Shown: positions 17,142 to 27,300 of the stretch, piece after piece
Layout: every line of letters begins with the position of its first letter
Position numbering within the stretch: position 1 is the first letter of the stretch
Source: Giardia intestinalis
Lineage: Eukaryota
Direction: 5' to 3' (one strand)
Length of the DNA: 64,000 nucleotides
Assembly: GCA_000002435.2 (NCBI GenBank)
Contig: CM018789.1
Made by a program: the position numbers and the translations under genes
Notes under the pieces: model-generated
What the model was told of the DNA's origin: nothing
Seen by the model: only the letters and a program-made list of their open reading frames with translations
Databases searched by the model: none

Positions 17142-18734
17142 ATGTCGCCACTTGATGCCTTTGAAGTAGTGCTGCGACTCAATGATCTAACCCATTTGGC
17201 GCCCAAATCCACTGGAAGTGTATGCAAGCTGATGTGGTCCGACTATACAGAGAGGGGCAAGCTGTTTTCTGAGGCCGCCGTGACAACTAAGGATGAACTT
17301 ATTTCCTTCTCTCTTTCGTTTCTGCACAACCCCGCTTCTTCGTCCAGTGCTCTCCTTGCAGCAGTCCTCTTCCGCCTTTCAGACTTCTGCCAGTGGTGCT
17401 CCGATTTCGAACAGAGGCTCATTACAAGACTCGATCCCCAGCTATTCAATCAGTTGGTGGCGTCCTTTGAAAAAGAGAGAAACCTCAATCGGCATGTGTT
17501 GTACTATGAGCGCGGAGACGAGGCCTTCTCCTACACACCTCTGGCAAGTGGAGAAAATCCCATATCCCACAAGTTCACTACGGGGTGCTACCTTTGTGCA
17601 TTAGACACGCTGCTGGCACAGTTAGCTCACAGCGTGACAGTAAGCATGCCCCTCTTCTTCAGTGTGTGTAGAACTGCCGATCGCCTTATGGATATCATAG
17701 CAAACTTCAAGCTAGTATACACACCTCTCATTGAGAAGAGTCTGCCTCTCCTGGCAAAGCTCATGATGAACCCCGTTCTCTTTGCCTTTATTCTCACCGC
17801 AGAGACGTTTGACCACGGATCAGTGGACAGAGCTTACATGGATCAATACGCAGACGACTATTACAACGCCCATGCAGACAGCATGATTACCGGGCTTTCT
17901 GGAGAGCAAGAGCGCCAGACGCTTTCTCCAGGTTCCCCACGGACAGTTGCCGGAAGTAAGCTTCTTCCACTCTTCATTAACATGATAGTCAGCCACCTGC
18001 CACGCGTGAGTAACCAGAAGTCGGTTGAGTTTCCAATAATATATGGCTGCCTTCTTTGCATATGGCTCAGCTCCTTCGTCGAAAAGCGCTCCTTGTTAAC
18101 ACAGGGCATCTTTGTCCTTATCGTAAGGATACTGAACTGTACCATCCTTCAGAATGTTGCTAAAATTGTTCGTCTGTCGCTCAAGATCCTTTTGAACGTT
18201 AGCACTCTCCCCGAGGCGGTAGATTTTATGGCAGCATCCCAGCTGGATGCCGTTCTTGTCGTTATGGAAGGCAAAGGATGGCAGGAGTCTAAGGAAAACC
18301 CCTCAGGATGCATATACACCTTACTCAGGGAGCTCCGTGCCATTCTTGAACAAACTATCAAGAAGGTGACAACCTGGGAAACGTACTTGGCGGAACTTAA
18401 GTCAGATCTTCTTGGGAACACTCCTGTGCACACGAGCGAAGCATTTTGGAAGGCCAATTCGCACAGGCTTCTTGATAATTCCGCCTATGCCCTTAACCGC
18501 CTAGAGCAGATTGGCACGAAGGCATACAAGTCTGACACCAATTCGCTACTTGTCTGCTTGAACGACATTGGGATGTTCTGCATAAGCTACAGCAATGGCA
18601 GAAACGTGGTAGCCCAAATGCCCAACATCAAAGCATTTGTTATGTCCTGTCTGCAGCACGAGGCCGAAACCGTTCGTGACGCTGCCATCGTGACCCTTTC
18701 GAAGGTCCTCGTGGACAACTGGCGCAATGTGTGA
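17142..18734 (+). CDS. V-type ATPase subunit H
   Basis: 530 aa from the ATG at 17142; the track start at 17085 is TTG. WETYLAELKSDLLGNTPVHTSEAFWKANSHRL resembles human ATP6V1H ...[29 protein letters not shown]. The C-terminus VMSCLQHEAETVRDAAIVTLSKVLVDNW resembles [28 protein letters not shown]. Confidence 0.9.
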   Translation: MSPLDAFEVVLRLNDLTHLAPKSTGSVCKLMWSDYTERGKLFSEAAVTTKDELISFSLSFLHNPASSSSALLAAVLFRLSDFCQWCSDFEQRLITRLDPQLFNQLVASFEKERNLNRHVLYYERGDEAFSYTPLASGENPISHKFTTGCYLCALDTLLAQLAHSVTVSMPLFFSVCRTADRLMDIIANFKLVYTPLIEKSLPLLAKLMMNPVLFAFILTAETFDHGSVDRAYMDQYADDYYNAHADSMITGLSGEQERQTLSPGSPRTVAGSKLLPLFINMIVSHLPRVSNQKSVEFPIIYGCLLCIWLSSFVEKRSLLTQGIFVLIVRILNCTILQNVAKIVRLSLKILLNVSTLPEAVDFMAASQLDAVLVVMEGKGWQESKENPSGCIYTLLRELRAILEQTIKKVTTWETYLAELKSDLLGNTPVHTSEAFWKANSHRLLDNSAYALNRLEQIGTKAYKSDTNSLLVCLNDIGMFCISYSNGRNVVAQMPNIKAFVMSCLQHEAETVRDAAIVTLSKVLVDNWRNV

Positions 18735-18982
18735 CGCCCTGGTACGGGCCTTTGCGGGGCCCATGTTTAAGTAAAGGACTGCGTGGATGGGATCCTTCCC
18801 CTTGCTTCTGGTGTACCGTGCGGCAGTCTTTGACAGAGACCACTGCGAGAAGAACTGGTGGTGAGGGTTCACGAGACAGAGTAGGGTAATAAAGAACACA
18901 CCAGAGTAACACAAGGGTGCAGTTTTTTCTCGCCAATTGACTTTGCAAAGGTAATTTACTCGTATCAATTTATAGGTATCGG

Positions 18983-19255
18983 ATGTCTCTCGAACTTCAG
19001 ATATCTAAGGTTAAACGGATTACCAAGCTTGCGGCGCCCTCCCATGTAATCAATAAGGACACTATCCGAGCCATTGCATTTGTTGCCCAGCGTGTCACGG
19101 CCCATGCCCTACAGTCGGCTATACAGGAATCGAAGCGGAACAAAAAGAAGATAACCGGATACGAGCATTTAGCTGATGCTGTGATACACGCCCCTGGGTT
19201 GGCCTTCCTTCGTGACACCGTTCCCCATCCCATTCAACTGAATAGGAATGGATAG
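18983..19255 (+). CDS. Histone-fold protein (NC2-alpha/DRAP1 or Pol-epsilon p12/CHRAC-type)
   Basis: 90 aa. ISKVKRITKLAAPSHVINKDTIRAIAFVAQRVTAHALQSAIQESKRNKKKITGYEHLADAV...LAFLRDTVP fits the CBFD_NFYB_HMF histone-fold pattern (arvKkImk-d-dv--is-ea...FL-d-vP). Confidence 0.75.
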   Translation: MSLELQISKVKRITKLAAPSHVINKDTIRAIAFVAQRVTAHALQSAIQESKRNKKKITGYEHLADAVIHAPGLAFLRDTVPHPIQLNRNG

Positions 19256-19387
19256 CTCATTCCGGGATGATCCTTAGTTTCTGTGATTTACATCCCACTT
19301 CTCTTCAGGGCGGTTTGTTATCAAGACCATTGACTATCGCAATCTTCTACAGAATCTGTGAACAGAGAGGTCAGGGAGATTTAAAAA

Positions 19388-19795
19388 ATGGAGTACTTTG
19401 ACCATGTAGGTATTTCCTATGACGGGGATAAAGTTAACGACGAGCCCCACGGCTTCGGTCAGATGACCATGCAGGATGGGTCAAGATACACGGGAAACTT
19501 CCTTAGCGGCCAATTTCACGGAGATGGCGAATTGGTCTTTGAGAGCGGAGGCGTAATGGGCAAGATTGTGGGGAGGTGGGACAATGGAGAACTGCAGGAA
19601 CACAAAATTTTCTTCGGAGATAACCTCCAATTTGAAAGTGACAATTGGAACTATTTGATCCCCAGCGATCGTCGATTTCACAACGAAATCACAGGCGCAG
19701 TCCCTGTTGCGGCCTCGCGAACAGAGCCGTCTCAGTTTCCAGACCTTCTCTCTATCGCAGAATACAAAAGGAACCAGTCTGCAGCAGCGCACTAG
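19388..19795 (+). CDS. MORN-repeat protein, MORN5-like
   Basis: 135 aa with start context TTAAAAAATG. It has MORN-type YTGNFLSGQFHGDGELVF repeats. NWNYLIPSDRRFHNEI resembles human MORN5 NWHYCDGYDRRFYTEI as I recall it. Confidence 0.8.
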   Translation: MEYFDHVGISYDGDKVNDEPHGFGQMTMQDGSRYTGNFLSGQFHGDGELVFESGGVMGKIVGRWDNGELQEHKIFFGDNLQFESDNWNYLIPSDRRFHNEITGAVPVAASRTEPSQFPDLLSIAEYKRNQSAAAH

Positions 19796-19960
19796 CCCTC
19801 TGGCTTGTCAGATGAGTGAATCTCTGACCACGCTTCCCGTTTACTTTCTCATGTCTTTCCCTATCATCGCTTCTCCTTATCATCAACAAACTGCCATCTC
19901 TCAGAGAGTTCAAAGGGGATTCTGACTAAATAACCTGATAAGTGGGCGAGTTCGAGGCCC

Positions 19961-21115
19961 CTAGATGCCATCAAATAGATCAAAGTCTGAGTAAGTATCA
20001 ATGTAGCTGTTGGGGCCCGCACTGAACTGATCTGTGTAATACGATAGCTCCATCCTGACATTCTGTGTGCTGTAGTCACTTTCTCTATCAAATGTGTTGG
20101 AGTCGTCGTATGGCACGCTACTGCTAGAATCTCTAATGGGATAGCCAGTGAAGTTTCTAATGGGAAGCCTCTGGACAGCTGACGAAGTAACCGGTGAGGC
20201 GATTCGCTCAGGGCCGCTGAGCATTATCTCTGAAGTTGAATAAAACTGAACCAGTAAGCGTCGTCTTTCGACGAACTCTGGGACCAGCTCTGGGTAGCGT
20301 AGTGATGAAGATACAAGGAACTCATACTTGAGATCTGGTGCAGACAAGATTATGGTGTAGGGCATGAGCCCATACCTAGTGGGATAGGGAAGGCTATACT
20401 GGTCAGAGTTCGTTAGTCGTGGATCCGTATTTGCAAAGATTCTGTTCACGCCCCGGCTGATGTTTGAAACGCTTATAGCTCTGTGTTGTGTGTCATTGAA
20501 CATAGCCTCTTGTATTTTCACTGCTTCCTCCAATTCTGCGCATTGCTTCGTGAGCAAAGCAAGCCTCTCTTTTAGAGTAGCTACGCCAGGCTTTGTGGAC
20601 CTTGCCTTAGGGTAGCGTGGAAGTAACACGGGCTCGTTTGCGGTGTATACACGTGCTAATTCAGACGTGTGGCGACCAGTTTCCCTTATGGGTATGTCTG
20701 TTCGTTTGCCATATTGACTTAAGAATAACGCGTTACAACCGACAAATTCGGAATTTCTACTAGACGAACTGACAAAGCTAAAGGAGCCTAGACGGGGTCC
20801 AGTCCAAATAATGAAAAGCTTAGTGGTCTGGATAACTCCCATTGCCTCCAGCGGACCTGTCACGTCATACAGCCTCCTTTTGTTTGTAATGGTGAGTAGA
20901 TCATCTTTGGCTATGCATACATATCCCTCTCTTGTGCGAGCCGCACTAGTGGAGAGCTCACAGATCAACCTACGGGCAAGTTCGATTGACCTGGTTGTCG
21001 ATTGCTTTTCCTTTAGATCGGGGCAGCTAATGACAGAAGTTGAGCTAGTCGATGTGGCAGAGGTGGAGGGGGTCTGACGCTTCAGCGGAGGGGAGGACGC
21101 TTCGGAGGGAGTCAT
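19961..21115 (-). CDS. E2F/DP-family winged-helix transcription factor
   Basis: 384 aa. SIELARRLICEL...DDLLTITNKRRLYDVTGPLEAMGVIQTTKLFIIWTG matches the E2F_TDP DNA-binding core (KRRIYDITNVLEGIGLIEK...IQWKG). Confidence 0.85.
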   Translation of the reverse strand: MTPSEASSPPLKRQTPSTSATSTSSTSVISCPDLKEKQSTTRSIELARRLICELSTSAARTREGYVCIAKDDLLTITNKRRLYDVTGPLEAMGVIQTTKLFIIWTGPRLGSFSFVSSSSRNSEFVGCNALFLSQYGKRTDIPIRETGRHTSELARVYTANEPVLLPRYPKARSTKPGVATLKERLALLTKQCAELEEAVKIQEAMFNDTQHRAISVSNISRGVNRIFANTDPRLTNSDQYSLPYPTRYGLMPYTIILSAPDLKYEFLVSSSLRYPELVPEFVERRRLLVQFYSTSEIMLSGPERIASPVTSSAVQRLPIRNFTGYPIRDSSSSVPYDDSNTFDRESDYSTQNVRMELSYYTDQFSAGPNSYIDTYSDFDLFDGI

Positions 21116-21158
21116 AGAATATACCTATAAAACTTGTATTTTTAAGAAATATCCGGGT

Positions 21159-21500
21159 ATGGAACCTCAACAGACCCCGTGCAGATCTCTTGTTCTTCTA
21201 CCATTTACCCTAGAGACCGAACAAGCAGAGATACCCTTTGATATGGAACGGATTGTTCCTGAAGAATTAAAAGCCCCAGAGGCGATTGCGCGAAATGTTA
21301 ACACTCCGCCAAAGCTTATTTTTCGCGGCCATGAGATGCAGGGATCGCCGTTGGAGCTTCCAACCGACTACGTTATTACTTTTCATAAGGACTCGGGTGC
21401 AGTCACTACCCATGACAGATGTACGATGTTCTTAGAGCCTGGCGACCAACCGCAGCCATCCCCCCGCTCTATTATGGGTTTGTATCAGATGATGCTTTAA
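21159..21500 (+). CDS. Hypothetical small protein (weak CTF8-like resemblance)
   Basis: 113-aa ATG ORF, 43 bp from the divergent E2F-like start. PPKLIFRGHEMQGSPLELPTDYVITFHKD loosely resembles the Ctf8 P-L-iG-H-L-G----L-kP block. Function is unassigned. Confidence 0.55.
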   Translation: MEPQQTPCRSLVLLPFTLETEQAEIPFDMERIVPEELKAPEAIARNVNTPPKLIFRGHEMQGSPLELPTDYVITFHKDSGAVTTHDRCTMFLEPGDQPQPSPRSIMGLYQMML

Positions 21501-21650
21501 TGAAGTAAATACAAAGCAGTCTTCAACTCATTGATCTGTGACAAAGGCGTCGAGTAACACACCACTTATGTATTATGAGGATAAAGCTTCAATCCTACAT
21601 TCCAACGGCACAAGCGCTGAACGGAGCATTTAAATCCTTTAGAAAAAGCT

Positions 21651-24263
21651 ATGCCCGGTGATCCATCAAAAACGTATGTCCAGAGGTGGATTCAGGATGC
21701 ACTACCGCCTCTGCAGACTGAGAAGATAGCTATAGAAGTAGATAACCTGGGGTATATGGTGGGGACTAAGGGATCACGGATAGGACTAATTAGGCAGAAT
21801 ACTGGGGCGGCTATTCACTATATGGAAGATCCGCCTGGCTCTAAGCGCTTTTATGCAGTTATTAAGGGAACGACAAAGCAACTGGCCGACGCAAAGGCTG
21901 CGATTTACGCAGACGTCTTAGATTACCATCGGTGGGTTAAAAGGGGAAAGGGCAGTCTCTCCGATGCCCTGGGGAACCGCATGTACCCGTATTCTTTAGT
22001 TCTTCGCCTTCCCCCTGGAGGATCTCGATTCTACTCCGGTCCTGGATATCAGTCGTTCTTAGAGCTTTCGATCCGAAAGGACATATTTATCAATGTCAGC
22101 CAGCAAGACGAGTTGACTGTCCGAGCTGCAAGTACTGAAGCACTGATGGAAGCCGTACAAAAGGTCACAGATATTTTGAACACATTTGTTAGTCTTGCTG
22201 CTCCAATCCCCAATTGGACTGTAGGCCGAGTGATCGGACGCAACGGAGAGGCACTGGCCAAGGTATCAGATATTATTCAAATAAGGACAAATTCCCGGTT
22301 GATTTGCTTCATATCCAACACGCATAAGGCTGAAGGACTGGTATCTTATTTTGTGGTGTTGGCAGATAAGAGGGATGCTGTTACCCTAGCCATGCAGATG
22401 GTCTTTTCCAGGATCTCTTCGATTACTATAGAGGCAGGCCTGTTTGTTCCTGTTATGGAGACCGAGAACGTCATCATGCTCCCGATTGACTCCACATCTT
22501 TGTGTAGCTATGGCCTAAAGGCGCCTCTTGCGAAACTTCAAAGCTCTTCAGGCTCTCATAGCAGGAAATATTCATCTATATCGATGGATGGGTCCTTCTC
22601 GCTACCCCCGGAGATGCTGTCGTTACTACCCACAAGCAGCCCTCCTACCCATGCACGGCACTTTTCTACCGTAGAAGGAGATGTAGTGCCTTGCCACGCC
22701 GTGCAAACCACTACTGCCCACCGGCGTCTTAATAGCTCTATCCCATATAGTGTTAGCAATAGCACACAGTCTGATGGCCAACAGTCATTCCTATTCCAGC
22801 TTTCTTTCCCCAACTCCTCAGTAAGTAACACCACAGATCAGGCGCTCAAGTGCAATTTTTGCTGTGCAAAGAGAAGGTCCCTCTTGCCGTGTTCTGATTT
22901 TCTACGCACACCTTACACAGTTGAGAGCCTCCGCGAATCAACAGTGGCCGTTGATAGGAGGTATCTTGTCATGCATGTTCCAGAGCACTGTGACAATATG
23001 CAGGAGTTTTGGCAATCGTCTCTTCTTGCAGCCCTGGCAACGGTTGGGCGCGAATTTTTCTTTATCGAGGACCCTACCACTGCAGTAGACTTTGTCAAGT
23101 CGGCATTTGACTTCACAGTATCCTGTTCTCCAGGACGATGCTACTACGCTTCTCGAACGGACGAGTTATTCGATACTATATATGATATCTCCGAGGGGCT
23201 CTCCTCACGCAGAGTGCGGCTCTGCTTCGACAGTGGCATGGATGACTGTGACTACACCAAGTTGTTTGCATCTTCAAAAACCCACTATGCGTGGTATACA
23301 AAGCAGCTTATGGATGTAAGTATCTCTGACGCATTGCCCAATGGCCTTGCGCAGCACCTATCAGCCATTAGCGGCGTTGGTGGAATGGACAAACACTATA
23401 GCATGTGGCACTCTTTGAACTTTGACTGCTACGTGCAGCCTCCCGGCCGAAAGTCTGCTTTAGAGCATGACTTCTCCATGTCCCTTAGTGACGAAGACAT
23501 ACCGCAATTACAAGATGCTGCTGACGAGCCTGCGGTTAGCGTATCTGGCTTGGGGATATCATATATTTTGCAGTCTAAAACGGGTTATGATATCTTGGTG
23601 AAGATAACCCTTGTTCCTAAGAGCCTTACTCCCTTGGTATCTGCAACCGATGAGACAGATGTGGATGCACTGTGTAGAGGGGACGCACGCTTGATACTCC
23701 TTAGAAAGTATATCAAGAATCTAAAGACTATATCCAGTAATACTGCGTACACAAGTCCTATTACGACCACCAAATGTTACGAAGTGCAATCCGAACCATC
23801 CCAATTCGGAGAGGCTCTTCCCGTCAAAACACATGTCATAACACTCAACTTACCAGACGTCCCACTTGACGTGGCGACACACATAGATCCCACGCCTCTG
23901 TCACTTGAGGATCTGGCCACGGGGGTGGGGTACTCTACAGCGAAGGGCCTCCTCCCACCCAGCCAAGATTCCAAGTTTCCTATGCCGTCCACCGTTCTTA
24001 TCCAGGACCATCCCAATGCTACCCTGAACCGGGTGGTCTTCGCTGGGCTTGGTGACATAGTTGCAACTTCTTCCTACCTCCAAGAGTTACCCCATGTGGC
24101 CAAGCCTAAATTAGTCGTCGACTTCCGACCCTTTGCTGGGTATCGGTGGAGGAGGAAGGGCCTTATTAACAAGGTGGTTAGCTTCACTGGACTGGTATCT
24201 ATTCTTCCGAGCATTGTAAGCAGAGTCAAGGAGGTCTTAAAGACGTTACCAGATCAGGAGTAA
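21651..24263 (+). CDS. KH-domain RNA-binding protein (large)
   Basis: 870 aa. KH GXXG loops occur in GYMVGTKGSRIGLIRQNTGAAI and VGRVIGRNGEALAKVSDI. The remainder has no motif I recognise. Confidence 0.85.
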   Translation: MPGDPSKTYVQRWIQDALPPLQTEKIAIEVDNLGYMVGTKGSRIGLIRQNTGAAIHYMEDPPGSKRFYAVIKGTTKQLADAKAAIYADVLDYHRWVKRGKGSLSDALGNRMYPYSLVLRLPPGGSRFYSGPGYQSFLELSIRKDIFINVSQQDELTVRAASTEALMEAVQKVTDILNTFVSLAAPIPNWTVGRVIGRNGEALAKVSDIIQIRTNSRLICFISNTHKAEGLVSYFVVLADKRDAVTLAMQMVFSRISSITIEAGLFVPVMETENVIMLPIDSTSLCSYGLKAPLAKLQSSSGSHSRKYSSISMDGSFSLPPEMLSLLPTSSPPTHARHFSTVEGDVVPCHAVQTTTAHRRLNSSIPYSVSNSTQSDGQQSFLFQLSFPNSSVSNTTDQALKCNFCCAKRRSLLPCSDFLRTPYTVESLRESTVAVDRRYLVMHVPEHCDNMQEFWQSSLLAALATVGREFFFIEDPTTAVDFVKSAFDFTVSCSPGRCYYASRTDELFDTIYDISEGLSSRRVRLCFDSGMDDCDYTKLFASSKTHYAWYTKQLMDVSISDALPNGLAQHLSAISGVGGMDKHYSMWHSLNFDCYVQPPGRKSALEHDFSMSLSDEDIPQLQDAADEPAVSVSGLGISYILQSKTGYDILVKITLVPKSLTPLVSATDETDVDALCRGDARLILLRKYIKNLKTISSNTAYTSPITTTKCYEVQSEPSQFGEALPVKTHVITLNLPDVPLDVATHIDPTPLSLEDLATGVGYSTAKGLLPPSQDSKFPMPSTVLIQDHPNATLNRVVFAGLGDIVATSSYLQELPHVAKPKLVVDFRPFAGYRWRRKGLINKVVSFTGLVSILPSIVSRVKEVLKTLPDQE

Positions 24264-24306
24264 AAGATCAGAAGTGAATAAAAATTAAAACTGCCTGAGC
24301 TGTGCG

Positions 24307-27300
24307 ATGACCACGTTTGTGAGTACCTTTCTTCCGGTGGGGGATCGTTTGAGCGACCCGGATTACGCTGATAACGCAGTCCAGACAGTACTGTATTTCC
24401 CCAAGCTGGCAATTTTTGCTGAGACAACAACGATCTATTCTACCTCATACAAGCCCAACGATTCCCATGGGCCCATTGGACTTACGTACCTGAATGAAAG
24501 TGTTAATAACGGCATCATCTTATCCGTTTCAAAGCGGAGCGCGTCCTCATTTCTCTGCCTATCTGCTATTGTAAAGGATAGTGACCCTGACAGTCTCTCT
24601 GCTCTCAAATTCCTCCAGCATAGGATCAGTGTGAGGCGTGATGTTGGTAATCCAGACGTCTCAGCAGATTTACACACTCTGGAATATCTTCTAATCCATA
24701 ACAAGATGTACACCACCTACACGGTGTACAGTGTGACTGATGCTCAGTGCGAATTAAAGTACGTTGCCCCCACGTCAGTACCCTTGATTGGAGCCATCGC
24801 TGTGGAGGGGACGCCATTTATTGCTGCCACTGGTGTTTCAAAAGACGGCTATAACTTTACATTTGATTGTCTTCTTGATGAGGATAATGGGGGGAAGCTT
24901 ATCCCTGTGCGCACCGTTAAACAGAAAACAGGAGACGTCACATCCTTCGTTGACACAGCCCTTTACCCCGCCATCAATATGATATCTGACCGCCCCTCTA
25001 CCGCATGTACTACTCCTGCAACGACAGTCAAAGACTTTGTCCATCAGGTTAGCTCTCGTAACACGCGCGCTGCATCTGATGTTCTGTATAAATTTTCTGC
25101 TGTCCACCTAGATTCTAGTACAAAAACTGTGTACTACAGAGAGTACGATTTGAAATCGACTAACTTACGAGTCATACATGCCCCAGGTACAAAGAAGTCG
25201 GATAAGCACAAGGCAGCAGACTCAGTTGATTATAGTGCGACCATAGAAAGCTTCAAGCCAACTGTCCATTATACCAGGACGCTCATTGTTAACTCTGCGG
25301 TGCCCATTGTTCGTATTGCAGCGCTAGTTATGCCGTATACGCAGAACTCGCTTCTCAATGACAAGTACGCCGTTATCACAGACTGCGGTGACCTTCAACT
25401 TTATTCCAGGAGAGAGCAGGCAGACGGTCCTTCTGCTAGCATCAAAGTGTTTTCTAAAAAGCTAAGACGAGCGTTCCTTGTGCCTCTCAGAGATGGAGTT
25501 ATCATGCTCACCTCTTCTACCGGGGAGTCTGCTTTAGTTGGCATAGATGGCAAGTGGAACTCCGACAAAAATATTGAAGAAATGCGGGGCCATCTCTGCA
25601 AAATCTTTATTGATGAGTTCTTAGCAACTAATCCTAATTACGACCAACAGAATTTGAGACACGAGCTGTCGAAGGACCTTCTCCCGCCTATTGACTCCTT
25701 TTCCAAGTCAGTTCAGGTGAAGAAGCACATAGATAAGCTAGCAATAATAACCACCTTCTCGTACAATTCGACTGTCACCTGTGCCTCCACGGCTCCTGAT
25801 CATAAGCTTGTTTGTTTGGGCTTGACATCCCGAAAGTTCATCTTTGTGCCCACAGAGCCGATCAAGAACAGGGCTCTTTTGTCAAGCTATAGAGGTAAGC
25901 TGAGCCGCGAAACTGCTAATAATCTGCAGGGACAGTACACAAAGTATGATGTAGAGGCTGCAGTGAAGGATACTGTCGCGTACTTGGCCAACCGGGGCCT
26001 TAATGGTCAGCAGCTCATGGAGCGTGTTAGCTTTTTCTTCGCATTTTCAAAGGACGTGGGGCACTCAGACTTTTTGCCTGTGCAAGAAAGTGTTCTAGAT
26101 GTTGCAAATCATAACCACGATGCTCCATCAGATACGATTGAAATGCTCTCCATTCTGGCATCTGTCACTAAGGACGAGGTTCTGGGGAAGTCTAGCTTGG
26201 CGGCCTATGACCCTGATCTCGGGAAATCCATGATAAACGACCTCAGGGAGGTGATGCGCAGTACGTTAAGGACGGTCGCCGTCCCCGGTGTCGGATCCAC
26301 GGCGATCCCAGGAGAAGGAGCCCTTCAGGCTTCCGATCATCATCTTCTTGCAGATCAGCTTTCGGACCATACTGGAACACGCTCTAAACGAGTTGAGTTC
26401 CTGGAGCCAACGCTGCGTGGAGCAAAGCTGTCGACTGCAATTAATTTCACTCTTGCGGATCTGAGTGCCATAGAGACAAGAGGATTAACTGAAGCTAACG
26501 GCTCCCACGTTGCTGCACCGATACACTCTGCCAGCGGACTTTATCAGACAGATCGAAATGTGGTGCAAGAACCCCCAGATCACGCTCATCTAGACTCATT
26601 AATAGAGGAGAATTTTAAGAATCATCTTGTTGATGCAACTCGTAACCTTTTAGAGTCGGGCTTCGACTGTCAGAGACTTTTTAACGCCGTCGAGGAAGAC
26701 GTGAAAACTGCCATACTTAGTATGATGAATGTTTCTGACCTGAATGAGGACTCCAGAACTGCGCGACTGGCAGATCTTCCATTGGTGCCTCATCACGCTG
26801 ATGAGCGTGTCACGTCAGGCAGAGACGCAATGTTAGATGAATATCCGGCTGAGCCAGGGGTTAACGTTCCCGTGTCTCTCTTGTCTGCGGCTTGGCTTGG
26901 AGCAATTAGTAATAGTCTAGCTGTTAGGGATACTACGAGACATCCTGTACAGCTTCCTGTGCTTAGCAACCTAGGCGGCGCCAAGTTGTTGCTAACTCAT
27001 TACAAGGAGATCCAGGAAAAGAAATATACTTTAGTACGGAATAAGTTTACTTTGGCGCTAGAGCTACTATTAGCTGATGATCCTCTTTTTTTGGCAGCCT
27101 CCTGCTCCGCCAGGGGGTTGTCTAGCATGAAGAATTCATATTATTTGACAGACTATATTCGCCGGGAGCATGAAGAGATCTCACAGTGCCCATACTGCTC
27201 CGTTTTTTCCATTCGATGCAATCTTTTCCAGCTCTCTTCGCGTGGAGAGACTGTGTGCAGCACAACTGAGCGCTTGCTGTGCGAGATCTTAGATAGCTCA

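Noticed and set aside
18546-18968. 140-aa and 102-aa minus-strand ORFs overlapping the 3' end of the V-ATPase H gene
   Set aside because: They are antisense to a strongly supported gene, have no motifs, and their composition is consistent with an antisense reading of coding DNA.
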